DNA of 44,065 nucleotides from positions 1 through 44,065 of the forward strand of contig JBBQNC010000002.1 in assembly GCA_038329555.1 (NCBI GenBank). The letters run 5' to 3'. Below are positions 36,119 through 44,065 of this stretch, one piece after another. The notes below the pieces were generated by a model. The model did no database searches and was not told the origin of the DNA. It saw only the letters and a program-made list of their open reading frames with translations. The stretch comes from Thermoanaerobaculia bacterium. GTDB taxonomy: Bacteria > Acidobacteriota > Thermoanaerobaculia > UBA5066 > Gp7-AA6. The number at the start of each line of letters is the position of its first letter. Positions within the stretch are counted from its first letter, which is position 1. The position numbers were made by a program, and so were the translations under genes.

Positions 36119-37321
36119 TCAGTGCGCGGGGTTGGGAGCCTTCGCGGGCGTCCCGGCCAGCCGGTCGCGGATCGCCTTCGAGAGCGGCACGAGATCGCGA
36201 TTGCTCTGGGTCGCGCGGACGTAGCCCTCGAAAAACGCGCGGGGACCGCGCTGAAACGCTTCGCGGAGGGCGCTCAAGCCCTGCTGCTGGATGATCGCGT
36301 CGACGAGGTATGCCCCGTCCTGGCCCGCGACCCTTCTCGCAAAGTCTCCGCGACGGATCTCGGTCGCGAGCTCCATCCGGCGCTCCAGGTTTCCCTCGGC
36401 TTCGGCGAACCGCTCGGCGCGCCGGTTCAGGTCCTCGAGTGCCTTCTTCATCGGCTCCCTCAGCCACACGGAAAGGGGGAAGAAGTTTTCGTCCACGGTA
36501 TAGAGCGAGACGGGGCCGGCGATCGCCACCGCGCGCAGGAGAAGATCCAGCTCACCGAGCTGCGGATCGCCGCGTTCCCAGACGGGGCTTCCCGCCCGGT
36601 AGGCCGTCCATGCCTGCCGGAAGGCCTCGCCGGCGATGACGCGCGAGAGCCGGGACAGGCGGCTCCCCAGCGGCTCCCCGTCCGAGTCGCCCAGGGCGCG
36701 GGCGAGATCGAGGATCATGACCTCGCGACCGTCCGTGCCCCTCAGAACGATGTGATCCCCGAGGCCCGCCAGGCCGAAGGACAGGAACACCTCGAATTTC
36801 ACGGAGACCGTGCGGTCGCCCGGCAGCAGCGCCGCCGCGCGCACCGACGCCATCCTCGCGAGGTCGGCCGCACGCGGTTCGATCGCGTCGAGAAGCGTCT
36901 GCCAGCGGTCCCTGGACTCCCGGATCGACCGGAAATCGAAGACCGCCGTGCGGGACTGCTCGTCGAACGCGGCCGCGAAATCGCGCTCCCAGACCTCCGC
37001 TTCGCGCCCCGAGTCCTGAATCGCGAGGCGGACGGCGGGAAGGTCCTGGAGAACCTTCGGGTCGGACGCATCCGGCCGGGGACGGGCCAGAGACGCGAGG
37101 ATGTCGCGGGCGGCGCGCGGCCGGATCGTGATCTCGATCGCGTGCGCCGCCGCCGGCGGGGCGTCGTAGGGGGCCTTCGGCGAGCCCGTGCCGGCGGCGG
37201 CAACCGGCCCGCCGGAACCGGGCCTCGAGAGGGATCCGCCGCCGCCCGTGCCGGTCGACCCGGAGCAGGCGAAGGCGGCGGCGCCCGCGGCCGCGAGCCA
37301 CAAGAGAGCGAGCCGTCTCAC
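36119..37321 (-). CDS. Lipoprotein of unknown function
   Basis: GTG at 37321 overlaps the HAD stop (GTGA). (M)RRLALLWLAAAGAAAFAC-SGS carries a lipobox. Confidence 0.65.
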   Translation of the reverse strand: MRRLALLWLAAAGAAAFACSGSTGTGGGGSLSRPGSGGPVAAAGTGSPKAPYDAPPAAAHAIEITIRPRAARDILASLARPRPDASDPKVLQDLPAVRLAIQDSGREAEVWERDFAAAFDEQSRTAVFDFRSIRESRDRWQTLLDAIEPRAADLARMASVRAAALLPGDRTVSVKFEVFLSFGLAGLGDHIVLRGTDGREVMILDLARALGDSDGEPLGSRLSRLSRVIAGEAFRQAWTAYRAGSPVWERGDPQLGELDLLLRAVAIAGPVSLYTVDENFFPLSVWLREPMKKALEDLNRRAERFAEAEGNLERRMELATEIRRGDFARRVAGQDGAYLVDAIIQQQGLSALREAFQRGPRAFFEGYVRATQSNRDLVPLSKAIRDRLAGTPAKAPNPAH

Positions 37322-38025
37322 GCGAGGATCGCCTCCGCCGCCCGCTCGACGTCGGCGAAGCTCTCGAAGAGCGCGTCGGGCTTCTCCGCCGCGAGGCGTT
37401 CCGGCCGCGTGGGACCGGTGGCGACGGCGATCGAGCGGACGCCGAGCGAGCGGCCGCAGGCGACGTCGTGAACGGAATCGCCGATGACGACCACGGATTT
37501 CCCGGCAAAGTTTCGACCGGTCCACTCGCGCGCGCGCGCGATCGCGATGGCTGGAAGTTCGTACCGGTTCGCCGAGTCGCTGCCGAACGCGCCGAACGGG
37601 AAGTAGGAGTTGAAGCCGGGCGGCTCGAGCTTCAGACGCGCGCCACGCTCCAGGTTCCCGGTCAGGAGCGCCAGAGTGACACCGGGCTCCGACGCCAGGC
37701 GCTCGAGGAGGAGCGGGATCCCGGGCTTCGGCACGACGCTCTCGGAGCTCAGCCGGCCCGACAATTCCTCGAGATATCGATCGAGCGCGCGGCGAAGATC
37801 CGCCTCGCAGCGCTCGTCTCCGACCGCCTCGAGGATCAGCTCCCGAATGATCTGGGGATCGGTCTTTCCGGAGAAGTCGTGCGAGTCGGCGGATCCCGAC
37901 CACCCGTAGACCTCCGTCAACGCCGCCAGGATGGATTCGCGCGCGGCGCGGCCCGCGGAGAGAAGCGTTCCGTCGATGTCGAACAGGACGAGCCGATGTC
38001 CGTTGCTCGCGGCAGACTCCGCCAT
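37318..38025 (-). CDS. HAD-superfamily hydrolase (phosphoglycolate-phosphatase-like)
   Basis: LVLFDIDGTLL (DxDxT), LLTGNLE and VVIGDSVHDVACG are present. Confidence 0.85.
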   Translation of the reverse strand: MAESAASNGHRLVLFDIDGTLLSAGRAARESILAALTEVYGWSGSADSHDFSGKTDPQIIRELILEAVGDERCEADLRRALDRYLEELSGRLSSESVVPKPGIPLLLERLASEPGVTLALLTGNLERGARLKLEPPGFNSYFPFGAFGSDSANRYELPAIAIARAREWTGRNFAGKSVVVIGDSVHDVACGRSLGVRSIAVATGPTRPERLAAEKPDALFESFADVERAAEAILA

Positions 38026-38072
38026 CAGAAAGATCCCGTTACCGGCACGGGCCGAACTCTATGCACCGGCTG

Positions 38073-38343
38073 CTAGCAGGCTGCTGAAAAAGGGTGTGAG
38101 GCGGCGTTGCGAGCGCCGCGGGGTCGGATGCCAGGAGCCGCGACGAAGGCGATGCCTATGCGCATCGGAGAGGAGCGGCGACGCCGCAGACGGCTCCGCG
38201 CCGCCGCAACCGCTTGCGGTGGCTGGCCTTTTGCCTCCGATCTTGTAACAGCCGAAATGCGTTTCTTCATTTCAGTCCCTCTTCGGCGTGATTTGCAAAA
38301 GGCCAGACACGACGCCCTCATCCATTTTTCAGCAGCCTGCTAG
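38073..38343. mobile_element. MITE-like element, copy B (271 bp)
   Basis: Perfect 19-bp terminal inverted repeat CTAGCAGGCTGCTGAAAAA / TTTTTCAGCAGCCTGCTAG. The right-hand CTAG supplies the stop codon of 38340..39110. Confidence 0.7.
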
Positions 38344-39110
38344 GGCTTCGGCTGGTAGAGAGAGTCATCCCGGGTGGCGGAGACGGACACGTTCTCGAAC
38401 TTGATCTCGAGGGGCTTTCCCACGATCGGCTTGTCGAGAGAGAGCATCATTCCGCCGAACTTCTGCCAGTCCTTCCAGAGCGCCGTGGTCGGCTCTTCCT
38501 CCGCCCCGTTCAGCAGATATTGCCACTGCACCATGCGCCGCCCGTCGCGGGTGATCCAGAGCCAGTACACGTCTTTGGGCGTCATGCCGACGTTCTCGAA
38601 GGAGAGCTTCAGCACGTCGCACACGCCGCCGTCGGGGCAGGGCTTTTCGCCGTCGTAGACGCGGCGGACACCCGGATCGAAGATCTTCCAGGGAGCGAGG
38701 AGCCAGTAGGAGTCGTTGATGAAGCGGCCGTACGCCGACTTGAGCAGCGCGTCCCGGGCCTCACCGTCCGAGGGCCGGCCGTTGACGAACGCCCGGCCTT
38801 CCTTCGTGTTGACGTTGAAGAAAACGGTATAGGGTGCGCCCGACTTGTCGGTGCCGTTCAACCGGTAGTCTCCGGTGTAGCGATCCCAGACATGGGAAAA
38901 ACGCGCCATCGGCTGCCCTTCCCGCGCGACGATGAAGTCGAAGCGGAACTGCCGCGCCTTCTCCCAGGCGCCCTCGCCTCCGAGAGCGGCGACGAGCTCT
39001 TTCCCCAACGCGTCGGCCCGCGCGTCACGATCCTGAGCGAGCACCGGCGCGGCGCAGAGGAGGAGAACCGGCAGCAGCAGCATCGTGGCTTTTCTCATGA
39101 GCCCGATCAT
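38340..39110 (-). CDS. Secreted hypothetical protein
   Basis: Signal peptide is MIGLMRKATMLLLPVLLLCAAPVLAQ. Intact 256-codon ORF with high GC3. Confidence 0.7.
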   Translation of the reverse strand: MIGLMRKATMLLLPVLLLCAAPVLAQDRDARADALGKELVAALGGEGAWEKARQFRFDFIVAREGQPMARFSHVWDRYTGDYRLNGTDKSGAPYTVFFNVNTKEGRAFVNGRPSDGEARDALLKSAYGRFINDSYWLLAPWKIFDPGVRRVYDGEKPCPDGGVCDVLKLSFENVGMTPKDVYWLWITRDGRRMVQWQYLLNGAEEEPTTALWKDWQKFGGMMLSLDKPIVGKPLEIKFENVSVSATRDDSLYQPKP

Positions 39111-39160
39111 ATGGCTCCGCCGCCGGGGCGCAGCCGTTCGAGGCGTTAAACTCCCCGGCC

Positions 39161-39640
39161 ATGCACGAATTCTCCCGCCTGCCCGCCGACCTCCAGCGGT
39201 TGCTCGGCGGGCAGATGTTCCGGCGGCGCCGGAGGATCGTGCTGCCCCTCCTGACGTCGGACCCCGACGGATTTCCTCGAGCCTCGCTGCTGACGCCGGC
39301 GGAGGTCCGCGCCCTCTCGGGGACCCGCATGGCGGTCGCGGTCCTCTCCACGAGCCGTACGGCGGTCAACCTGATCCGCCGCCGTCAGGCGACGCTGCTT
39401 TTCCTCCAGCGCAACATCGCCGCGTCGATCCGGCTGCGCGCGGAGCGAGGACGGGTCTCGAGCCACGACCCGGACCGGACTCTCTTCCCGCTGGCGGTGT
39501 TTCGCGTGCGGCTCGACGAAGCCGCTTCGAGGGAGGGCGCCGTGGCGATGCTCGGAGGTCCGACCTTCACCGGACCGGCGGCGGACGTTCTCTTCTCCGA
39601 GGAGCTCTTCGCGGAGCTCGCCGCCGTGGACGCTTCGTGA
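39161..39640 (+). CDS. Hypothetical protein (possibly a PNPOx-like split-barrel fold)
   Basis: Intact 159-codon ORF whose stop overlaps the next start (GTGA). The fold guess rests only on the pattern VLPLLTSDPDGFPRASLL...ATLLFL. Confidence 0.55.
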   Translation: MHEFSRLPADLQRLLGGQMFRRRRRIVLPLLTSDPDGFPRASLLTPAEVRALSGTRMAVAVLSTSRTAVNLIRRRQATLLFLQRNIAASIRLRAERGRVSSHDPDRTLFPLAVFRVRLDEAASREGAVAMLGGPTFTGPAADVLFSEELFAELAAVDAS

Positions 39641-40371
39641 GATTCCGCGGGCGGACGGTCCTCGTCACCGGCGGAGGCCGCGGCATCGGCCGCGCGATCG
39701 CGCGCCGGTTTGCCGAGGAGGGAGCCGCCGTCGCCGTCGTCGCCCGGACGGTCGGCGAGCTCGAGGGGACGATCGGCCAGATCGAGGCCAGCGGCGTCCG
39801 GAGTCTCTCGATTGCGGCCGACATCACCGCCGCGGGAGCCGCGGAAGAGTGCGTGCGGCGCACCGAAACGGAGCTCGGCCCGCTCGACGTGCTCGTGAAC
39901 AACGCGGGGATGTTTCTCTGGCGGCCGTTTTTGAAGCTCTCGCCGGCCGAGTGGGACCGCGTCATCGCCACCAACCTGACCGGGACCGCGAGCTTCTGCC
40001 GGGCCGCGCTCCCCGGGATGGTCGAACGCCGGCGGGGCCGGATCGTCAACGTCTCCTCGGTGCACGGCCTCCGCGGCGATGCGAACCTGTCGGCCCATAG
40101 TGCGGCGAAGTTCGGCGTCATCGGGCTGACGCAGAGCCTGGCGCGCGAATTTCGCGATCTCAACATCGCCGTCAACGCGGTGTGCCCGGGCGCCGTCGAC
40201 AACCGCACGGACGAGACCGCGGACGTCGATCGCTCGTCTCCGCTTTCGCAGAAGCTCTGGCCGAGCGACGTCGCGCGCACGGTCCTCTTCCTCGCCTCAG
40301 ACGACGCCGCCGGGATCACGGGCGCCGCCCTCGAGGTGTATGGGGGGACGCACCTGACCATCCAGGGCTAA
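39637..40371 (+). CDS. SDR-family oxidoreductase (FabG-like)
   Basis: GTG at 39637 in the frame of track ORF 39085..40371. VLVTGGGRGIGRAIA, VNNAGM, SAHSAAKFGVIG (YxxxK variant) and PGAVD are present. Confidence 0.85.
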   Translation: MRFRGRTVLVTGGGRGIGRAIARRFAEEGAAVAVVARTVGELEGTIGQIEASGVRSLSIAADITAAGAAEECVRRTETELGPLDVLVNNAGMFLWRPFLKLSPAEWDRVIATNLTGTASFCRAALPGMVERRRGRIVNVSSVHGLRGDANLSAHSAAKFGVIGLTQSLAREFRDLNIAVNAVCPGAVDNRTDETADVDRSSPLSQKLWPSDVARTVLFLASDDAAGITGAALEVYGGTHLTIQG

Positions 40372-40429
40372 AAGGATCCCCGGATCCCGGGAGACCCCGT
40401 CTCGGACTCCCCGGGGACTCCCGCGGCCT

Positions 40430-41398
40430 TCAGCCGATCCGGGCGCGGTGCTCGAGGCGGATCGAGACAGGCGCGATCGGGAGGCCGTCGCCCTCGGCGT
40501 ACGGATAGATGAAGAAGTTCAGGGGCTCGCGGCAGGGGGGCGGATCCAGCCGGATGTTGCGTCCCCGAGTGAACTGGATTCGGTCCGGGTCGAGGTCCCC
40601 GAAGAGGTAGTCCCGGCGCGCGGCGTCGTCGGTCTTCGACGCGTCGGAGGCGTCGACCGGGATCCAGCCGCGCCCGGCGAGATAGAACTCGGCCCAGCAG
40701 TGGTACCCGGGAACCGTCGCCTCCGCCTCCTTCTTCAAGGGGAATCCGATGACGAAGCGCGCGGGGATCCCCTCCGCGCGGACGAGCGAAATGAAGAGCG
40801 AGTGGAAGTCGGTGCAGTTGCCCTTGCGGACGTCGCACGCCCGCTCCGTGTCTCCGTTTCCCCACCCCGGAGAGACCTTGTCGTAGGTCATGGTGTTGAC
40901 GACGTACTCGTAGATGGCGCGCGCCTTCTCCTCCGGCCTCCGAGACCCGTACGTGATCGATCGCGCGAGAGCACGAATCCGCGGCGAGATCGTCACGAGC
41001 GGCTCGGCCCGGAGTAACCGCTGCAGGGTCGCCGGCGCCTCGCCCGACGTTGCCGGACGAGGCCGTCCCCGCAGGACCTCGCTTCTCTGCGCATCGAACC
41101 GGACGACGATCTCCAGGGGACCGGGACGGGGCGACTCCGTCGAGACGTACCAGTAGGCGTTGCCGAACTCCTTTTCGCGGCGGATCTCGCCCGGGTATGG
41201 GCTCTCGACGCGGAGGTTGCGGATCGCCTGCTCGTCGGTGTCCGAGGGAAGCGGGACCCAGACCTCGAGGCGCGAAAGACCCGGGGGGATCGCGTCGACT
41301 CGCGCGACGTACACGCCCTCGAAGGCCCGCACGGCGGGAGCCGAGGAAGCGGCCGCGAAGATCCGGAGTGCCGCGGCGAGAAGAATCGTCGAGATCAT
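40430..41398 (-). CDS. Transglutaminase-like cysteine-protease-fold protein, secreted
   Basis: ATG at 41398 (ATGA overlap with the GDPD stop). Signal peptide is MISTILLAAALRIFAAASSAPA. Core motifs GNCTDFHSLFISLVRAEGIPARFV and GYHCWAEFYLAGRGWIPVDASD are present. Confidence 0.85.
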   Translation of the reverse strand: MISTILLAAALRIFAAASSAPAVRAFEGVYVARVDAIPPGLSRLEVWVPLPSDTDEQAIRNLRVESPYPGEIRREKEFGNAYWYVSTESPRPGPLEIVVRFDAQRSEVLRGRPRPATSGEAPATLQRLLRAEPLVTISPRIRALARSITYGSRRPEEKARAIYEYVVNTMTYDKVSPGWGNGDTERACDVRKGNCTDFHSLFISLVRAEGIPARFVIGFPLKKEAEATVPGYHCWAEFYLAGRGWIPVDASDASKTDDAARRDYLFGDLDPDRIQFTRGRNIRLDPPPCREPLNFFIYPYAEGDGLPIAPVSIRLEHRARIG

Positions 41399-42219
41399 GC
41401 CGCTCCCCCCTCGCCGGACGGCCCCGGAGACATGAAGACCTCCACATCGTGATTCGCATCCGGCCCGGCGGCCGGAGCGAGGCCCGAAAGGATGGCGCGG
41501 GCGACGTCGGGAACGTTCGTCGTGATGGACGGGAGGCCGAGCGCGAAGAGGCGCCGGATCTCGTCCGGCTCGTCCACCGTCCAGGGATGCACGGAGAGAC
41601 CGGCCGCGCCCGCCTGCGCGAGAAGCTGCGGCGCGACGAGATCGCACCTCGGTCCGATCGCGTCGACCGGCGGAAAGAGCGGCGTCAGGCGACCGGGCTC
41701 CGGGATCGCCACGGGATGGTCGAAGAGAAAGCTGGTCGCGATTTCGGAATCGATTTCGCGGACCTTGCGAAGAAGCTCCGCGTCGAACGAGGCCACGAGG
41801 CAACGGTCCCGCAGCCCGAACTCCGCCGCGACGCGGGTCACGCGGCGCGCCATCAGCCCCAGCTGAGTGTGCGCGGACGTCTTCACCTCGATGACGTAAC
41901 GGAGGGCGTGACCGTATCGGTGCAGGACTTCCTCGAGCTTCGGAATGCGATAGGGCCCGAACTCGGAAGGAAGCTGGAGCTTCTCGATCTCTCGCGCCGT
42001 GAAGGTCCGCACCGGGATCCGTTGCGCGCCGAGCACGATGTCCTCGTCGTGGAACAGAACGGCCTCGCCGTCGCGCGTCTGGCGCAGGTCGAACTCCACC
42101 GCGTCGACCCCCAGGCTCTCGGCGAAGTCGAGGCTGTCGATCGTGTTCTCGCGGGCGCGGCGCGGTGCGCCGCGATGCCCCACGACCCACGGAGGATGCG
42201 GTCGCTTCCAGTCGCTCAT
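41395..42219 (-). CDS. Glycerophosphodiester phosphodiesterase family protein
   Basis: VVGHRGAPRRARENTIDSL, VEFDLRQTRDGEAVLFHD and HPWTVDE are present. Confidence 0.88.
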   Translation of the reverse strand: MSDWKRPHPPWVVGHRGAPRRARENTIDSLDFAESLGVDAVEFDLRQTRDGEAVLFHDEDIVLGAQRIPVRTFTAREIEKLQLPSEFGPYRIPKLEEVLHRYGHALRYVIEVKTSAHTQLGLMARRVTRVAAEFGLRDRCLVASFDAELLRKVREIDSEIATSFLFDHPVAIPEPGRLTPLFPPVDAIGPRCDLVAPQLLAQAGAAGLSVHPWTVDEPDEIRRLFALGLPSITTNVPDVARAILSGLAPAAGPDANHDVEVFMSPGPSGEGGAA

Positions 42220-42929
42220 GGCGCGCTCACTCGGGCCGATTCTATTTCCTCGAGGATCCGGTCGAGCGCCGCGTCCGGATCGGTCGCCGCGATGACGGGA
42301 CGTCCGACGACCAGGATGTCCGCGCCGGCCTCCAGGGCCTCGCGGGGAGACGCCGTGCGCTTCTGGTCCCCCGCGGCGGCTCCGGCCGGCCGGATTCCCG
42401 GCACGACCGTCAGAAAATCCGCTCCGCAGGCTGCGCGAATGCCCGGCAGGTCCGACGCCGAGCAGACGACGCCGTCCAGGCCGCAGTCCTTCGCCAGCCG
42501 GGCCAGGCGGCGCGCGATCCCTTCAGGCTGCCCGGCCACGGGGAGATCCGCCAGGGCCGCGGCGTCGATCGAGGTCAGCAGCGTGACGGCGACGATCCGG
42601 GGTCGGGGCTCGAAGGCCCCGGCCGCGTCGCGCGCCGCAACGAGCATCGCGCGGCCGCCCGATGCGTGCACGTTGACGAGAGCGGCGCCGCTGCGGGCGG
42701 CGGCGGAGACCGCGCGACCGACGGTATTCGGGATGTCGTGAAACTTGAGGTCGAGAAAGACACGGGCCCCGAGCGCGGCGACCTCTGCAACCAGGGCGGG
42801 TCCTTCGGCGACGAACGCCTCGAGCCCGATCTTCAACCAGCCGGCCCGCGGCGCGAACCGCCGGGCGGCGGCGATGAGCTCGGCCCGGGACGGGTAATCG
42901 AGCGCGATGCACAGCCGCTCGCTCCTCAC
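42216..42929 (-). CDS. pyrF: Orotidine 5-prime-phosphate decarboxylase
   Basis: LCIALDYP, KIGLEAF, FLDLKFHDIPNTV, VNVHASGG and ILVVGRPV are present. The GTG start overlaps the pyrD stop. Confidence 0.93.
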   Translation of the reverse strand: MRSERLCIALDYPSRAELIAAARRFAPRAGWLKIGLEAFVAEGPALVAEVAALGARVFLDLKFHDIPNTVGRAVSAAARSGAALVNVHASGGRAMLVAARDAAGAFEPRPRIVAVTLLTSIDAAALADLPVAGQPEGIARRLARLAKDCGLDGVVCSASDLPGIRAACGADFLTVVPGIRPAGAAAGDQKRTASPREALEAGADILVVGRPVIAATDPDAALDRILEEIESARVSAP

Positions 42930-43891
42930 CCTTCGGCCCCCGCCTCGAGCGCAGCCGGCGCCGGTCCGTGCGCACGTCCGACCAGATCAGAGGGCCGCAC
43001 GCCGCGGCGCGCGCAATACGCCGCGAGCTCGCCGACGAGACGTCCGGAGACGCCCGGGTCCCGGAAGTTCGCCGTGCCCACCTGCACGGCGGTCGCGCCG
43101 GCCGCGAGAAACTCGAGGACGTCGGAGAGGTCGGAAATGCCTCCGATCCCGACGAGCGGCGTCCCCGGAAGCGCTCGGGCGACCTGATACACCATGCGGA
43201 CGGCGAGCGGCCGGATCGCGGGTCCGGAGAGACCGCCGGTTCCGAAGGAGAGGCGCGGCAGCGCCGTCTCCGGATCGATCGACATCCCGACGAACGTGTT
43301 GACCAGCGAGAGCGCGTCGGCTCCGGCGTCGCGGGCGGCCCGGGCCGACTCGATCAGATCGGGAGCGTTCGGCGAGAGCTTCACGAGGAGAGGCCTCCCC
43401 GTCGCGGCGCGAACCCGGCCGACGAGAGACGCGGTCGCGGACGGAGAGTTTCCGAACAGCATTCCGCCGCGCTCGACGTTGGGACAGGAGATGTTGAGCT
43501 CGACGGCGGCGAGCCCGGCGGCGTCCTCCAGCGCGCGCACGACGGCGACGTAGTCCTCCTCCAGATCCCCCCAGACGTTCGCGATCACCGTGGCGCCCGC
43601 CACGCGAAGGGCGGGCAGCTTCTCCGCCAGGAAGGCTTCGACGCCGACGTTCTGCAGCCCGATCGCGTTCAACATCCCAGCCGGCGTCTCGCAGATGCGG
43701 GGCGGAGCGTTGCCGGCGTGGGGCAAAAGGGAAAGGCCCTTCGTGCAGATGCCGCCGAGTGTCGAGAGATCCACGAAGTCCGCGAACTCGAGGCCGTAAC
43801 CGAAGGTTCCGGACGCCGTCAGAATGGGGTTCGCCAGTGCGAGCGGGCCGAGTTGCACGGAGAGATCGCGCGGCGGGCGATCCTCGTTCAC
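42926..43891 (-). CDS. pyrD: Dihydroorotate dehydrogenase, class 1B catalytic subunit
   Basis: LANPILTASGTFGYG, GICTKGLS, MLNAIGLQN, ELNISCPNV, LVKLSPN, GGLSGPAIRP and GIGGI are present. Confidence 0.93.
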   Translation of the reverse strand: MNEDRPPRDLSVQLGPLALANPILTASGTFGYGLEFADFVDLSTLGGICTKGLSLLPHAGNAPPRICETPAGMLNAIGLQNVGVEAFLAEKLPALRVAGATVIANVWGDLEEDYVAVVRALEDAAGLAAVELNISCPNVERGGMLFGNSPSATASLVGRVRAATGRPLLVKLSPNAPDLIESARAARDAGADALSLVNTFVGMSIDPETALPRLSFGTGGLSGPAIRPLAVRMVYQVARALPGTPLVGIGGISDLSDVLEFLAAGATAVQVGTANFRDPGVSGRLVGELAAYCARRGVRPSDLVGRAHGPAPAALEAGAEG

Positions 43892-43946
43892 GGCCCGTTG
43901 CGTCCCGCCCCGAGCCCCGGAGCAAAGGACGCGGCCGCACGGTCTC

Positions 43947-44065
43947 TCATCCGGCGAGGCTCCAGTCGATCCGCTCGGGGGCGAGAATCGGCCCCTCCTG
44001 GCAGGAGATCAGGAACGGGGTCTCCCGGGCGGGGATGACGCAGCCGAGGCAGACGCCGAAGCCGC
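43947..44065 (-). CDS. pyrK: Dihydroorotate dehydrogenase electron-transfer subunit, C-terminal end (partial)
   Basis: My own translation of the reverse complement gives ..GFGVCLGCVIPARETPFLISCQEGPILAPERIDWSLAG*. This matches the 2Fe-2S cysteine pattern and C.EGP motif of PyrK. It lies directly upstream of pyrD. Confidence 0.75.
   Translation of the reverse strand, partial: GFGVCLGCVIPARETPFLISCQEGPILAPERIDWSLAG

Noticed and set aside
38073-38321. An 82-aa minus-strand ORF lying wholly inside MITE copy B
   Set aside because: It is Arg/Ala-rich and reads through the element's conserved left end and terminal repeat. Only its internal ATG has an RBS-like box. It is noted in a finding as a low-probability possibility.

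Overview
This is a 44 kb fragment of a high-GC bacterial chromosome. A spot count gives 43/60 G+C at 5041-5100. Two accessory segments have lower GC: 30/60 at 1021-1080, 33/60 at 28561-28620 and 36/60 at 29461-29520.

(1) Left end, 1-2808. This is the best-supported unusual structure. It is an integron-type gene-cassette array read on the minus strand. It has five 60-71 bp attC-like palindromes (RYYYAAC...GTTRRRY) plus one lone core site. These separate compact cassettes encoding a membrane protein (partial), a Tat-signal isochorismatase-like hydrolase, a secreted cupin and a small 2-TM protein, together with two homologous ORF-less cassettes. No integrase ORF lies within reach, so the array is CALIN-like. 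It ends in an ORF-free stretch, followed by a 3-prime fragment of an initiator tRNA-Met, two ~215 bp direct repeats that carry perfect terminator hairpins and inverted tRNA-like cores, and a 5-prime-truncated gene.

(2) Core genes:
- ftsB-eno and a phosphohexomutase
- a CAP/SCP protein
- a receiver-like, PSP1/RicT-like and Sm/Hfq-like trio
- a polysaccharide locus (priming transferase, GT4, three GT2)
- serS and tRNA-Ser(GCU)
- a DUF502 protein, a BNR/Asp-box propeller protein and a CRTAC1/ASPIC FG-GAP protein
- a halogenase-like flavoprotein, an SDR and a frameshifted CPBP protease

(3) A second accessory segment, ~26.55-32.99 kb, abuts tRNA-Ser(UGA). It contains decayed genes, one large secreted orphan protein and a YihY-family protein.

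(4) The remainder encodes a LamG protein, a 4xPAS protein, a lipoprotein, a HAD hydrolase, a secreted hypothetical protein, an SDR, a transglutaminase-like protein, a GDPD enzyme, and pyrF-pyrD-pyrK(partial). Two MITE-like elements with 19-bp terminal inverted repeats and CTAG ends sit exactly on the stop codons of two genes.

I saw no rRNA, CRISPR array, transposase or integrase. All functional calls come from motif recognition by eye, not from database searches. Many start codons are GTG/TTG and are inferred.
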